Shown: one piece after another, positions 1-9,561 of the stretch
Layout: each line of letters opens with the position of its first letter
Position numbering within the stretch: position 1 is the first letter of the stretch
NCBI GenBank assembly: GCA_016783665.1
Contig: JADHWC010000001.1
Coordinates: 10,596 to 74,595 of the forward strand
DNA: 64,000 bases
Source of the DNA: Fidelibacterota bacterium
GTDB taxonomy: Bacteria > Fidelibacterota > UBA2242
Direction of reading: 5' to 3'
The notes under the pieces: generated by a model
Database searches by the model: none
Told to the model about the DNA's origin: nothing
What the model saw: the letters and a program-made list of their open reading frames with translations, nothing else
Translations under genes and position numbers: made by a program

Positions 1-78
1 AAAATGAAACAGGATAGTCATCCGGAACAGCAAGAAGAACCGAAACCGGAGAATAATTAATTATCAATAAGGACCGTT

Positions 79-2910
79 ATGGAGATTTTGAAAAATAACA
101 AAGAAAAAGTTATTCTGGCGTTACTAACATTTTTCCTCAGCTGGATTGTATATATGGATACTTTGGCGCCGACCGTTTCTTTCTGGGACTGCGGTGAATT
201 CATTGCCACATCATACACCCTTGGTGTGCCGCACCCCCCGGGAAGTCCGCTGTACCTGTTAATCGGTCGTTTCTTTTCGATGCTTCCGATTGGAAATGAT
301 ATTGCCTACCGTGTAAACCTGATGTCACCGATTGTCAGTTCTTTTGCCGTAATGTTTCTGTTTTTAATCATTGTACAATTGCTGAAGAGCTGGGGGCAAC
401 CGGTGAAACCCCTTCAAAAAATTGCGGTCTATGGCGGCGCGTTTATTGGCGCTATGACCTTTGCGTTTACCGACAGCCACTGGTTCAATGCGGTAGAGGC
501 GGAAGTGTATTCTTATTCTACATTTCTGACGGCAATTGTTGTCTGGCTGATCCTGTTTTGGGAACAGCGCTCCGATAAACCCGGGCACGAAAGATATCTG
601 TTGTTAATCGCCTATATCATGGGTCTGGCAATGGGTATTCACTTATTAAATCTGCTGGCAATCTTTTTCATTGCTTTGATCATTTATTTCAAACGCACGA
701 AAATCTCCAATATCGTCTGGCTGGTCGCTGATGTCATTATCGGAGTGGCTGTTGTTTCAATTCTGTTCCTGTTTTGGCGTACGGTTATTACTGATTCATT
801 TTCTGCACAGGCTGTTTTGACTATTGGCTCCTTTTTAGGTATCTATATTCCGCTATTTCTCAGAACAAAAAGCGAACGGTTTAAGGAACATAGCAGAACT
901 GTATTGATGGCAGTTACTGCTTCCGGTGTGTTTCTTTTGATTAATAGCGGCGTCATTCGTGGACTACCTAAAATTGCCGATAGCTTTGGTACCGGTAGTA
1001 CGGGTATATTTGCTGTGGGTGTTACGATTTTATTGGTTTTTGCGGCGACAGCCTGGGCAATCCGCAAGAAACATCATATAGCGTCGCTGGCATTAATGTC
1101 ACTGGTGTTGATAATTGTAGGATATTCTTCCTATGCAACAATTTTTATTCGCAGCAATCAGAATCCGGCTATTGATGAAAACGATCCTGAAACGACGCAG
1201 CAAGCGGTTGCCTATCTGGAACGCGAGCAATATGGCAGACGCGATTTTACGGATATCTTTGATAGGGCGAAATGGAAACCAGAAAAAAAACACCTCTATA
1301 AAAATTCCATGGACTTTTTCTGGAATTATCAGATAAAAAAAATGTATATCCGTTATTTTAACTGGCAGTTTGTCGGAAGAAAAGACGTGAATGTCGATCC
1401 CTTCCAGTTCTTTCTGCCATTTCCGTTCCTGATCGGATTGTATGGGTTGCTGGTTCATTTTAATAAAGATAAAAACAAGGCGCTCTCGATACTGACGTTG
1501 TTCTTGTTTACAGGTTTAATGATTGTGTTGTACCTGAACCAGGATGATCCACAACCCCGTGAAAGGGATTATTCCTATGTCGGATCCTTTTTTGCATTTG
1601 CCATCTGGATTGGTATTGGCACCACCGCCCTGATCAGTCATATTACCGAGTTAAAAAACACGAAATTGCGAAAGCCGCTAAGCTATATTGTTACGGCCGT
1701 TCTATTGATTGTATTGCCGATTAATGTCTTGAGGGCAAATTACCACGAGCACAGCCGCAAGGGAAATTTTGTCGCCTGGGACTATTCCTTTAACCTTTTA
1801 CAGAGTTGTGAGCCCGACGGGATCATCTTTACCAATGGCGATAATGATACATTCCCGCTGTGGTACATGCAGGAAGCGGAAGGCGTCCGCAAAGATGTGC
1901 GAGTCGTCAACCTGAGCCTCCTGAATACGCCCTGGTATATCAAACAGTTACGAAATAACGAGCCAAAAATCCCGATTGGTCGTTTGAGCGATTCGGACAT
2001 TGAGAGACTGACGGTTATTCCATGGAAAAAATCCAAAGTAAAGATATCGCCGCCACCCGGAAGTGATCTTCCACAAATTGAGTGGGAATTAAAACCCACT
2101 ATCATGGGGCAGGGCTTACGGGTGCAGGATATTATGATATTGCAGATTCTTGAAGCATCAAAATGGAAACGTACGATCTACTTTGCCACAACCGTATCAC
2201 CCAGCAACCGTCTCGGAATGGATGATTTTCTCCAGATGGAGGGCTTGACATTTCGTATTCATCCGCAAAAAGTGAAGCGCACCGATATCGACCGGATTGA
2301 AAATAATCTTTTAAATGTCTATAGATACCGGAATCTGAACAATCCGAAAGTCTATTTTAATGATACTATCACAAAACTCGTTGGCAACTACCGGGCGGCA
2401 TTTTTCCAGGTTGCTGTCAACAGGTTTTATTCCGGCGACAAAGATAAGATGCTCGCAGTATTGGACTCTATGGAAGTGCGTCTGCCTGAATCCTGTTTGC
2501 CGATCAGGAACGAAGATACTTATCTGCAATTAGGTATGTTGTATCATGAGGCGGGCAGGTCTGAAGATCTGCGAAAACGTCTGGATAAATTAATGAGCGG
2601 TCGGCGGTTAAGCGCCAAAAAGAAAACAAAATACGCCAGTATTTATTACCAATACCTCAAAGATATCGAAACCTCCCGATCAATTCTTGAACCTGTTTAT
2701 GAAGAAAACCCGAATGATGTTGAGCTAATCAGTTTATTGATCAAGCTTTATGAGGAATCTCAGGATTATAGTAGCGCAACCCGCGTTTTAGATAATTGGC
2801 TCACCGCTCATCCGAATGATAAAGGCGCCGAATCGATGCGGGACCAGTATCGGTTGAAAATACCGAAAATATCGGCGGATTCCCTCGTTGTTCCTCAAAA
2901 GATTGATTAA
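79..2910 (+). CDS. DUF2723-family polytopic membrane protein (PMT/ArnT-like glycosyltransferase fold) with C-terminal TPR-like repeats
   Basis: 943-aa ORF. Contains the motif WDCGEF...LGVPHPPGSPLY and about a dozen hydrophobic helices typical of DUF2723. The C-terminal ~300 aa are soluble with TPR-like repeats (LQLGMLYHEAGRSEDL, LIKLYEESQDYSSATRVL). Confidence 0.7.
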   Translation: MEILKNNKEKVILALLTFFLSWIVYMDTLAPTVSFWDCGEFIATSYTLGVPHPPGSPLYLLIGRFFSMLPIGNDIAYRVNLMSPIVSSFAVMFLFLIIVQLLKSWGQPVKPLQKIAVYGGAFIGAMTFAFTDSHWFNAVEAEVYSYSTFLTAIVVWLILFWEQRSDKPGHERYLLLIAYIMGLAMGIHLLNLLAIFFIALIIYFKRTKISNIVWLVADVIIGVAVVSILFLFWRTVITDSFSAQAVLTIGSFLGIYIPLFLRTKSERFKEHSRTVLMAVTASGVFLLINSGVIRGLPKIADSFGTGSTGIFAVGVTILLVFAATAWAIRKKHHIASLALMSLVLIIVGYSSYATIFIRSNQNPAIDENDPETTQQAVAYLEREQYGRRDFTDIFDRAKWKPEKKHLYKNSMDFFWNYQIKKMYIRYFNWQFVGRKDVNVDPFQFFLPFPFLIGLYGLLVHFNKDKNKALSILTLFLFTGLMIVLYLNQDDPQPRERDYSYVGSFFAFAIWIGIGTTALISHITELKNTKLRKPLSYIVTAVLLIVLPINVLRANYHEHSRKGNFVAWDYSFNLLQSCEPDGIIFTNGDNDTFPLWYMQEAEGVRKDVRVVNLSLLNTPWYIKQLRNNEPKIPIGRLSDSDIERLTVIPWKKSKVKISPPPGSDLPQIEWELKPTIMGQGLRVQDIMILQILEASKWKRTIYFATTVSPSNRLGMDDFLQMEGLTFRIHPQKVKRTDIDRIENNLLNVYRYRNLNNPKVYFNDTITKLVGNYRAAFFQVAVNRFYSGDKDKMLAVLDSMEVRLPESCLPIRNEDTYLQLGMLYHEAGRSEDLRKRLDKLMSGRRLSAKKKTKYASIYYQYLKDIETSRSILEPVYEENPNDVELISLLIKLYEESQDYSSATRVLDNWLTAHPNDKGAESMRDQYRLKIPKISADSLVVPQKID

Positions 2911-2924
2911 GACTGCGGGGCTGT

Positions 2925-3968
2925 TTGAATCACGCTGACACTGAAATAACAGTCGTCATTCCCCACTATAACGGTGAAGATCTTCTTCGGGACTGCTTTG
3001 CCTCATTATTTCGATCAACGGAACTTCCGATACGGGTAATATTGATCGATAATGCCTCCACTGATGGCAGTGTTGCTATAGTGGAGAAAGAATTTCCGTC
3101 AGTACGGATCATCAAACTGGATCGAAACCGGGGTTTTGCCGGTGGATGCAACGCCGGTATTCAGGCGGTAACGACTCCTTTCGTACTTATTTTAAATAAC
3201 GATACTATTCATGAATTCGGCTGGATTGAACGATTATTAGTGAAATTGCAATCCGATAAATCTCTGGCGGTCGTTCAGCCCAAGCTTTTATCCTACCAGG
3301 ACAGAGAATATTTTGATTATTCCGGAGCCTGTGGCGGCGAGATGGATATATTCGGTTTTCCCTTTGCCCGGGGACGGATCGTGGAGCTGGTGGAAAAAGA
3401 TGAAGGACAGTATGATCATCTTTCCGACCGCATCTTCTGGGCATCGGGAACTGCCTTTTTAGCCCGGACTGATGTAGTTAAAAAAGCGGGTTTGTTTGAT
3501 GAATCCTTTTTTGCTCATATGGAAGAACTCGATCTTCAGTGGCGGATCCAGCTGATGGGACATTCTATTGCAATTGAGCCGAACGCTGTGATCTGGCACC
3601 GTTCAGGCTTTACTCTCGGCGCTGAATCGCCTTTTAAAAAATACCTAAATCACCGCAACAGCCTGTTAATGCTTTCATCCAATTACCGTTTTTTATTGAC
3701 ACTCTATATTTTTCCCATACGGTTGTTGCTGGATTATCTGGCGCTGATGTATTCAATTATTAAATGGGACAGCGGCAGGGTCACTGCAATTATCAAAGCC
3801 CATATATGGATACTGACACATCCGGGTAAAATTTATCGGAAACGCAAACTGGCTAATTCCATTCGATCTGTTTGCGATAAAAAGATCATAGATCGTCTGT
3901 ACCACGGTTCTATTGCACTTGGGTTTTATCTGTTCGGGAAACGCCGGTTTATGGATATTTTAAAATGA
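2925..3968 (+). CDS. Family 2 glycosyltransferase
   Basis: N-terminal VVIPHYNGEDLL...LIDNASTDGS and DxD-like region, characteristic of GT2 (GT-A fold). It starts 15 nt after the upstream gene, suggesting an operon with it. Confidence 0.8.
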   Translation: MNHADTEITVVIPHYNGEDLLRDCFASLFRSTELPIRVILIDNASTDGSVAIVEKEFPSVRIIKLDRNRGFAGGCNAGIQAVTTPFVLILNNDTIHEFGWIERLLVKLQSDKSLAVVQPKLLSYQDREYFDYSGACGGEMDIFGFPFARGRIVELVEKDEGQYDHLSDRIFWASGTAFLARTDVVKKAGLFDESFFAHMEELDLQWRIQLMGHSIAIEPNAVIWHRSGFTLGAESPFKKYLNHRNSLLMLSSNYRFLLTLYIFPIRLLLDYLALMYSIIKWDSGRVTAIIKAHIWILTHPGKIYRKRKLANSIRSVCDKKIIDRLYHGSIALGFYLFGKRRFMDILK

Positions 3969-3979
3969 TATCCTGCTGC

Positions 3980-4825
3980 TTACGGTTTGACAATTCTTTT
4001 GTAAATCTCTTCATTATCGGGATTTAGAGCGATAATTTTATCAAATTGTTTTGGTGTTCCGAAATCCCGGATAAACTTGGCAATATCACGAGCATGAATA
4101 TCCAGAAATACATGGGTGTACCGTTCCCGGGCATTCTGTTCAAACATTTTGTCAATATGGTCAAGCATTTTTGTAATAGATTTAGGGACCTCCGTGGTCT
4201 TTTCCTGATCGATCAGATCGATGGCATGCCAGTAATAATATTTTGCGAGACGGTAATCCCGCAGACGCAGAATTTCATCCAACTCCTGAATCCGTTGTTT
4301 CCAGCCGTGAGGACGTTCGGAGATCTGTCCGCGGGTGGCAATATCCCGGGCTCTTTCATAAATACTATTTCCGCCCAATGGGTCATAGGTGTCGAGTTCT
4401 CCGGCAATTAACATGAATGCAAAAAAATCGAATGTGCCAGTGAGTGAATGAATCATATCGGAATGCATCAATGGATCATTGGTATTGTAAACAAATTTGA
4501 AATTTTTTTCGAAAAAACGCTGGTCCCCGGTTTCATTGGAAATAAACATCTGTGCCGTGAAAACTTTTTCGAACCCGCTGCTGTTTGCGCTCTGGGGAAA
4601 CATGCTGATCTTCATGGGTATCTCAATTCCATAAGTATTTTCAATCCAGTCATAATTCTCAAAGTAAGGCGGTATCAATTGCTTCAGTATTCTAAGATCA
4701 TTTCGTTCTGTTTCGGGCATGCGGTCGATGGAAATTTCAACAAACACGTCGATAAACTGCGCCTGGATTGTGGATAACATGAAAATAATAAAGATTGCTG
4801 AAAGAATTTTGAAAGATTTCATCAC
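3980..4825 (-). CDS. Hypothetical secreted protein
   Basis: 281-aa ORF with an N-terminal signal peptide (MMKSFKILSAIFIIFMLSTIQAQ). No motif recognised. Convergent with the GT2 gene. Confidence 0.5.
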   Translation of the reverse strand: MMKSFKILSAIFIIFMLSTIQAQFIDVFVEISIDRMPETERNDLRILKQLIPPYFENYDWIENTYGIEIPMKISMFPQSANSSGFEKVFTAQMFISNETGDQRFFEKNFKFVYNTNDPLMHSDMIHSLTGTFDFFAFMLIAGELDTYDPLGGNSIYERARDIATRGQISERPHGWKQRIQELDEILRLRDYRLAKYYYWHAIDLIDQEKTTEVPKSITKMLDHIDKMFEQNARERYTHVFLDIHARDIAKFIRDFGTPKQFDKIIALNPDNEEIYKRIVKP

Positions 4826-5032
4826 TTGATTTCCCTCACTTTCAGGTATTAAAATGTTTCGTAAAATCAGGATGTTTATAGATATGGTAATTCAACATGG
4901 TCTATTTTAAATATACAAAATTCCTGAGACAGTTGAAAATAACATTCCGAACTAATTATCTATCTTTTAATTGAATTTTACGGATTTTCTGTTTATTCTT
5001 ACTTATGAGCAAAATGTTTAACCGGAGTAGCA

Positions 5033-6502
5033 ATGAAAAATGAACAAAACACATACCAGCCTTCCGTTAGAATGCTGAAAATTGTTGTAAGCATTCTGGC
5101 GCTCTACCTTATGACTGGAAATTTATTATACGCACAGAAGCGTATTACCAGGGAAGATCGACCAAAATGGGTTGATAAAGTAAACCCTGGTGTTTACGTT
5201 GGAATATCTCATCGTTTTCCCGATGAAACCGATGCCCGCGCCGATGCCCTTGCCGATGCCAGACGACAGATCATCGAGACATTAGGAGGCATCATTGAAA
5301 GCGAATTCGTGGATGAGATTGTGGAATCCAGTGGCGAGATCACGACGGATAATGCCTTTACCAGTTCCCGAATCAAGGTGGTTTCCCGCAATATTATTTC
5401 GGTAAAACCCGATGAAGTTTTTGTGGAAAAATGGAAAATCCGAGAGGGGTTCAAATCGAGAATCGAATACCAGGTCTTTGTCGCTGTTCCCTTTTCCGAA
5501 GAAAAACACCACAGGTTCATGAAAGAACTTGTAGATGAAACTGTCAATCTGGGTGAAAAACGCTTCAAAGAATCACTCGAACTGGCTCAACGTGGACAAA
5601 TACTGTTGGCCCTGGACCAGATGCAAACCGTCCGGTCGAATGTTCTGCCGATGACGAAAATAACCGGCTTATCGCCGAAAGACCTCAGCTTGCTGAATAG
5701 TTTTAAAGAAAAAGTACAGGCAATGATGGAACAGATTCCCGGTAGTGTCCGAATCGAAGGAATGGGCGGAAACCAATCGGCGAAGATGGGTCTGCCGGTG
5801 GCGGAGCCGTTGGATATATCCGTGTTCTGGCTGGATGGAGTTCAAAAATATCCATTGCCTGATTTGAGTGTGAGTTTCAGCGTGATAAACGGCAAAGCGA
5901 CTCTGGAGCCCCGGGATAAAACCGATAAGCACGGTAAAGCATCCTGTACTGTAAAAAACATCGCATCCGCCGGAAGGATAGAAGTTCAGGCAAACATACA
6001 TTTCCCTGAGGGGCTGGGAATTGCCAATAACCAATTTACATTTACGCTGCTTCCTGATAATAAAATCATGGTCAAAATCCTGGAAACAAATCTTGATAAA
6101 CCGGCTGACATTTCCTATCTGGAAAACGCGCTGCTCGAACAATTGACAACTGCCGGTTTTCAGGTCATAGAGAATAATCCGTTTAATCAATTGACAGAAA
6201 CTGAAATAAACGCCGAAGCTCCCGAAAAGATTGCCGAGTTAGTCATCAATTCCGGTGTTGATCTGGTGATTTTGGGCAGTATTGCATCAGATCAGACAAA
6301 CAAGATCCAGGACGGATTCTTTTTCGCACGAGCCAGAGGCACGCTCAAAGTTTATAATATTCAACGCAAATCGGTCGTTGGCAATTATATGATCGAGGAT
6401 AAAAATGCCGGAAATTCCGAAGAAAACGCCGGTTCCAAGGCGATTAAAAAAGTCAGCGATCAGCTGATTGAACAGATGCTGACCGAAATAGGGCTGAAGT
6501 AA
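5033..6502 (+). CDS. Hypothetical secreted/lipoprotein-like protein
   Basis: 489-aa ORF with a signal-peptide-like N-terminus (LKIVVSILALYLMTGNLLYAQ) and an Ala-rich amphipathic stretch (ARADALADARRQIIETLGG) reminiscent of LPP20-type lipoproteins. Function unknown. Confidence 0.5.
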   Translation: MKNEQNTYQPSVRMLKIVVSILALYLMTGNLLYAQKRITREDRPKWVDKVNPGVYVGISHRFPDETDARADALADARRQIIETLGGIIESEFVDEIVESSGEITTDNAFTSSRIKVVSRNIISVKPDEVFVEKWKIREGFKSRIEYQVFVAVPFSEEKHHRFMKELVDETVNLGEKRFKESLELAQRGQILLALDQMQTVRSNVLPMTKITGLSPKDLSLLNSFKEKVQAMMEQIPGSVRIEGMGGNQSAKMGLPVAEPLDISVFWLDGVQKYPLPDLSVSFSVINGKATLEPRDKTDKHGKASCTVKNIASAGRIEVQANIHFPEGLGIANNQFTFTLLPDNKIMVKILETNLDKPADISYLENALLEQLTTAGFQVIENNPFNQLTETEINAEAPEKIAELVINSGVDLVILGSIASDQTNKIQDGFFFARARGTLKVYNIQRKSVVGNYMIEDKNAGNSEENAGSKAIKKVSDQLIEQMLTEIGLK

Positions 6503-6772
6503 ACGGTTTTTCGTATCGACAGTTGGTATAAATGAAAAGATAATCCGGCGTTATGTTGAAATGCCGGGAAAGAAAGACACAGTAAAAGCGGATCTTTGAT
6601 TGTGAGAGGAGCTACATCTGTAAAGGCGTGGGTATCTATTACCATAAAAACAAGACCCTGAAAGCGATTATCCGTGGAAACTAATTGAAATGTGACTGGT
6701 TGGCATACTTTAAAACACAAAATCTCACCCTCTTTTAACAGGCTTCTCCGGCTCTTGTGGAAATGCTTTTAA

Positions 6773-7912
6773 TTACCGAAAAAGACTTAAATACTCATCA
6801 AAGGTATAGATACGGTTGCGTTTACCACCAGTAACTTCACGCAAAATCCCCAGGTTGATAAAATCATCAATCAACCCATTTGCAGTTATTGGCGTCACTC
6901 CCAACACTTCAGCAACTTCAGAACCTGTTACTGAAGGCTTGGTATATAAATAACTCAGTAACTGTTTTGCCCTGGGAACTTTCCTCTCCAGCCGAAGAAT
7001 TGTCTGTCCCTCAAGCCTCTCTTTAAGTGCGAGGACACTCTGCAGGGTCTGAATTCCTGTCTTGGCAGTTTCGGTAACTGCAGCCAGGAAGAATTTAATC
7101 CAATGAATCATTCGATTGGATTCTGTCACAAATCGCAGATTATCATAATACAGACTCCGATGTTTCTCAAAATAGGATGATAAGTAAAGAACCGGTTTAG
7201 CCAGGATTCCCTCGCCGATCAGATAAAGTGGAATTAACAGGCGCCCAATCCTGCCATTTCCATCTAAAAACGGATGGATCGTTTCAAATTGGTAATGAGC
7301 AATAGCGATTCGGATCATATTTGGGACCGCGATATTGTCATTATGTAAAAAGTATTCCAGATCTGTGATTAAATCCGGAACAGATGTATGAACCGGTGGA
7401 ACAAATATAGCATCCGTTGGCGTAGCGCCACCAATCCAGTTCTGGCTTTTACGAAATTCACCCGGATGTTTGTTTTTACCACGAACACCAGACATTAGCA
7501 CTCGGTGAGTATCCCGAATCAATCTGGACGATAACGGCAGTTTCGCCAACCTATCTACAGCATAATTCAGCGCATTGATGTAATTATTAACCTCCTGCCA
7601 ATCATCCCGCTTTGCCGGTTGGATGTCTTTCTCATCCATGATAGCTTCATCTATATCGGTTCGTGTGCCTTCAATACGGCTGGAGCTGGTCGCTTCTTTG
7701 ACCACGTGCATCCGGATAAAGATATTGACATCCGGTACATAGAGCGAAAATGCATTCAATTCCCCTAATTTGAATACCGCCTGCTCCAACAGAGTATCAA
7801 TAGTAGGTTCAGACCATGACCATTCATGGTTTATCCCGGCTGGCTGAAAACTCCGATAGCCAGTCTGCTGCTGGTAAGTTCCTGCATTGAAATCTTTAAT
7901 GTTCATTGTCAC
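6773..7912 (-). CDS. fic: Fic family protein (AMPylase-type) with internal inhibitory helix and C-terminal wHTH
   Basis: Canonical Fic motif HPFLDGNGRIGRLL. Upstream (S/T)xxxE(G/N) inhibitory motif SSRIEG. C-terminal region resembles a winged helix. Confidence 0.85.
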   Translation of the reverse strand: MTMNIKDFNAGTYQQQTGYRSFQPAGINHEWSWSEPTIDTLLEQAVFKLGELNAFSLYVPDVNIFIRMHVVKEATSSSRIEGTRTDIDEAIMDEKDIQPAKRDDWQEVNNYINALNYAVDRLAKLPLSSRLIRDTHRVLMSGVRGKNKHPGEFRKSQNWIGGATPTDAIFVPPVHTSVPDLITDLEYFLHNDNIAVPNMIRIAIAHYQFETIHPFLDGNGRIGRLLIPLYLIGEGILAKPVLYLSSYFEKHRSLYYDNLRFVTESNRMIHWIKFFLAAVTETAKTGIQTLQSVLALKERLEGQTILRLERKVPRAKQLLSYLYTKPSVTGSEVAEVLGVTPITANGLIDDFINLGILREVTGGKRNRIYTFDEYLSLFR

Positions 7913-7937
7913 CTCAGACTATAATGAGATCTATCGC

Positions 7938-8023
7938 TATTATAGTATAGCGACAAATACTATAATAAGCAATGTGTATTTATAGTATGCGTGGCAATAT
8001 TATAGCAGGGTGAATTATTATAG
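7938..8023. promoter_or_regulatory. Array of five TATTATAG-core motifs at ~20 bp periodicity (one inverted), including palindrome CGCTAT-N6-ATAGCG
   Basis: Copies lie at 7938-7945, 7960-7967 (inverted), 7977-7985, 7997-8005 and 8016-8023, in the 201-nt spacer between the hsdM stop and the fic start. Reading on the minus strand, this is upstream of fic. Confidence 0.35.
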
Positions 8024-8113
8024 CCCGTTGCTAAAACAAGTTTATCGACGGAAGAAATTCAGAGATGGGTGACACCTGTGAAAAATAGCGGGTTGGCAGA
8101 GAAATTACTTAGT

Positions 8114-9559
8114 TTACAGTTCCTCCACAATCCCCCGAAACTGCTCTAACGCCGCTTCGAGGTTATCCGCTATCTCAGCCGCCAGAATATCTGGATCGGG
8201 CAGGTTTTCCATATCTTCCAGACTTTCATCTTTCAGCCAGAAGATATCCAGACTGACTTTATCTCGCTGAATCAGTCCTTCATAGGTGAAAGATTTGAAT
8301 CTCTCGGTTTCGGTACGGGCATGACGGTTTTTGGGGTTGTAGCATTTAACGAAGTCATCCAGATCGGATTTGGTCAGTGGATTTGTCTTCAGTGTGAAGT
8401 GTTTATTCGTTCGTAAATCGTAAATCCACAGCTTCTCGGTCCATGCTTTTTCACTGGCGGGTCTACGGTCGAAGAAGATCACATTCGCCTTGACGCCCTG
8501 GGCATAGAAAACACCTGTTGGCAGCCGAAGTAGTGTATGAATATCGTAATCGCTGAGCAGTTTGCGGCGAACCGTTTCACCGGCGCCACCTTCGAATAAC
8601 ACATTATCCGGTACCACAACAGCGGCACGACCATTGATCTTCAGTAATGATTTAATATGCTGGACAAAGTTCAGCTGCTTATTGGATGTAGTAGCCCAGA
8701 AGTCCTGGCGTTCGTAGGTAATTGATTCCCGTATCGCTTTGCCGTCGCCATTCACAATAGTAATACTGCTTTTCTTGCCGAATGGTGGATTGGTAAGGAC
8801 CATATCGTAACGTTCAGTACCGACCGATTCCAATGAATCCTTAACAGCAATAGGGCTTTCATCACCACCGATCCCGTGCAAATACAGATTCATGACACAA
8901 AGACGAGCGACCGAATCGGCAATTTCGATACCATAGAGCGCTTCATGACGTAGGTGTCGTTTCTGGTCTTTATCCAGTTTGTGATGATGAGAAATATAGT
9001 CATGGGCGGAAATTAAAAAGCCACCGGTACCACAAGCCGGGTCCATAATCGTTATTCCCGGCTCAGGATGCATAACCTTAACAATTGCATTGATCAATGA
9101 ACGTGGGGTAAAGTACTGACCGGCGCCACTCTTAACATCCTCAGCGTTTTTCTGTAATAATCCTTCGTAGGTTTCGCTTTTTACATCAACATCTAATCCA
9201 AGCCAGGTTTCCTCATCAATTAACCTGATTAATCGTCTTAGTTTTGCAGGATCTTGTATTTTATTTTGTGATTTGCGGAAGATAACACCGATAATACTTG
9301 GTTCCTTCCCTAGTTTTTCTAATAGGTGTCGGTAGTGGATTTCCAGTTCATCGCCGTCTTTATTCCGCAGGCTTTCCCAGTTGCATTCCGAGGGTACCCT
9401 GGATTTACGATTAAAGGGTGGCTTCGTCTGTTCGTCATCCATTTTCAGGAACATGAGATAAGTTAGTTGCTCGACATAATCACCATAACTGACACCATCA
9501 TCACGGAGCACATTGCAATAATTCCAGAGTTTTGATACTAAGGCTGCTGCATCGGTCAT
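8114..9559 (-). CDS. hsdM: Type I restriction-modification system methyltransferase subunit HsdM (N6-adenine MTase)
   Basis: 481 aa. AdoMet motif I IMDPACGTGGFL. Catalytic motif IV NPPFG (TNPPFGKK). N-terminus typical of HsdM (MTDAAALVSKLWNYCNVLRDDG). Confidence 0.9.
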   Translation of the reverse strand: MTDAAALVSKLWNYCNVLRDDGVSYGDYVEQLTYLMFLKMDDEQTKPPFNRKSRVPSECNWESLRNKDGDELEIHYRHLLEKLGKEPSIIGVIFRKSQNKIQDPAKLRRLIRLIDEETWLGLDVDVKSETYEGLLQKNAEDVKSGAGQYFTPRSLINAIVKVMHPEPGITIMDPACGTGGFLISAHDYISHHHKLDKDQKRHLRHEALYGIEIADSVARLCVMNLYLHGIGGDESPIAVKDSLESVGTERYDMVLTNPPFGKKSSITIVNGDGKAIRESITYERQDFWATTSNKQLNFVQHIKSLLKINGRAAVVVPDNVLFEGGAGETVRRKLLSDYDIHTLLRLPTGVFYAQGVKANVIFFDRRPASEKAWTEKLWIYDLRTNKHFTLKTNPLTKSDLDDFVKCYNPKNRHARTETERFKSFTYEGLIQRDKVSLDIFWLKDESLEDMENLPDPDILAAEIADNLEAALEQFRGIVEEL

Positions 9560-9561
9560 AT

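Noticed and set aside
1-60. Open frame at window start (…KMKQDSHPEQQEEPKPENN stop) as the C-terminal tail of an upstream gene
   Set aside because: Only 19 codons are visible with no recognisable motif. It cannot be supported from this window alone.
4046-4777. ORFs 4046-4411(+), 4213-4407(-) and 4448-4777(+), overlapping the 3980-4825 minus-strand gene
   Set aside because: Antisense or out-of-frame ORFs nested in a longer, signal-peptide-bearing gene. Most similar track entries across the window were likewise treated as spurious, for example 13201-13704, 17855-18289, 18547-19062, 50077-50379 and 63059-63361.
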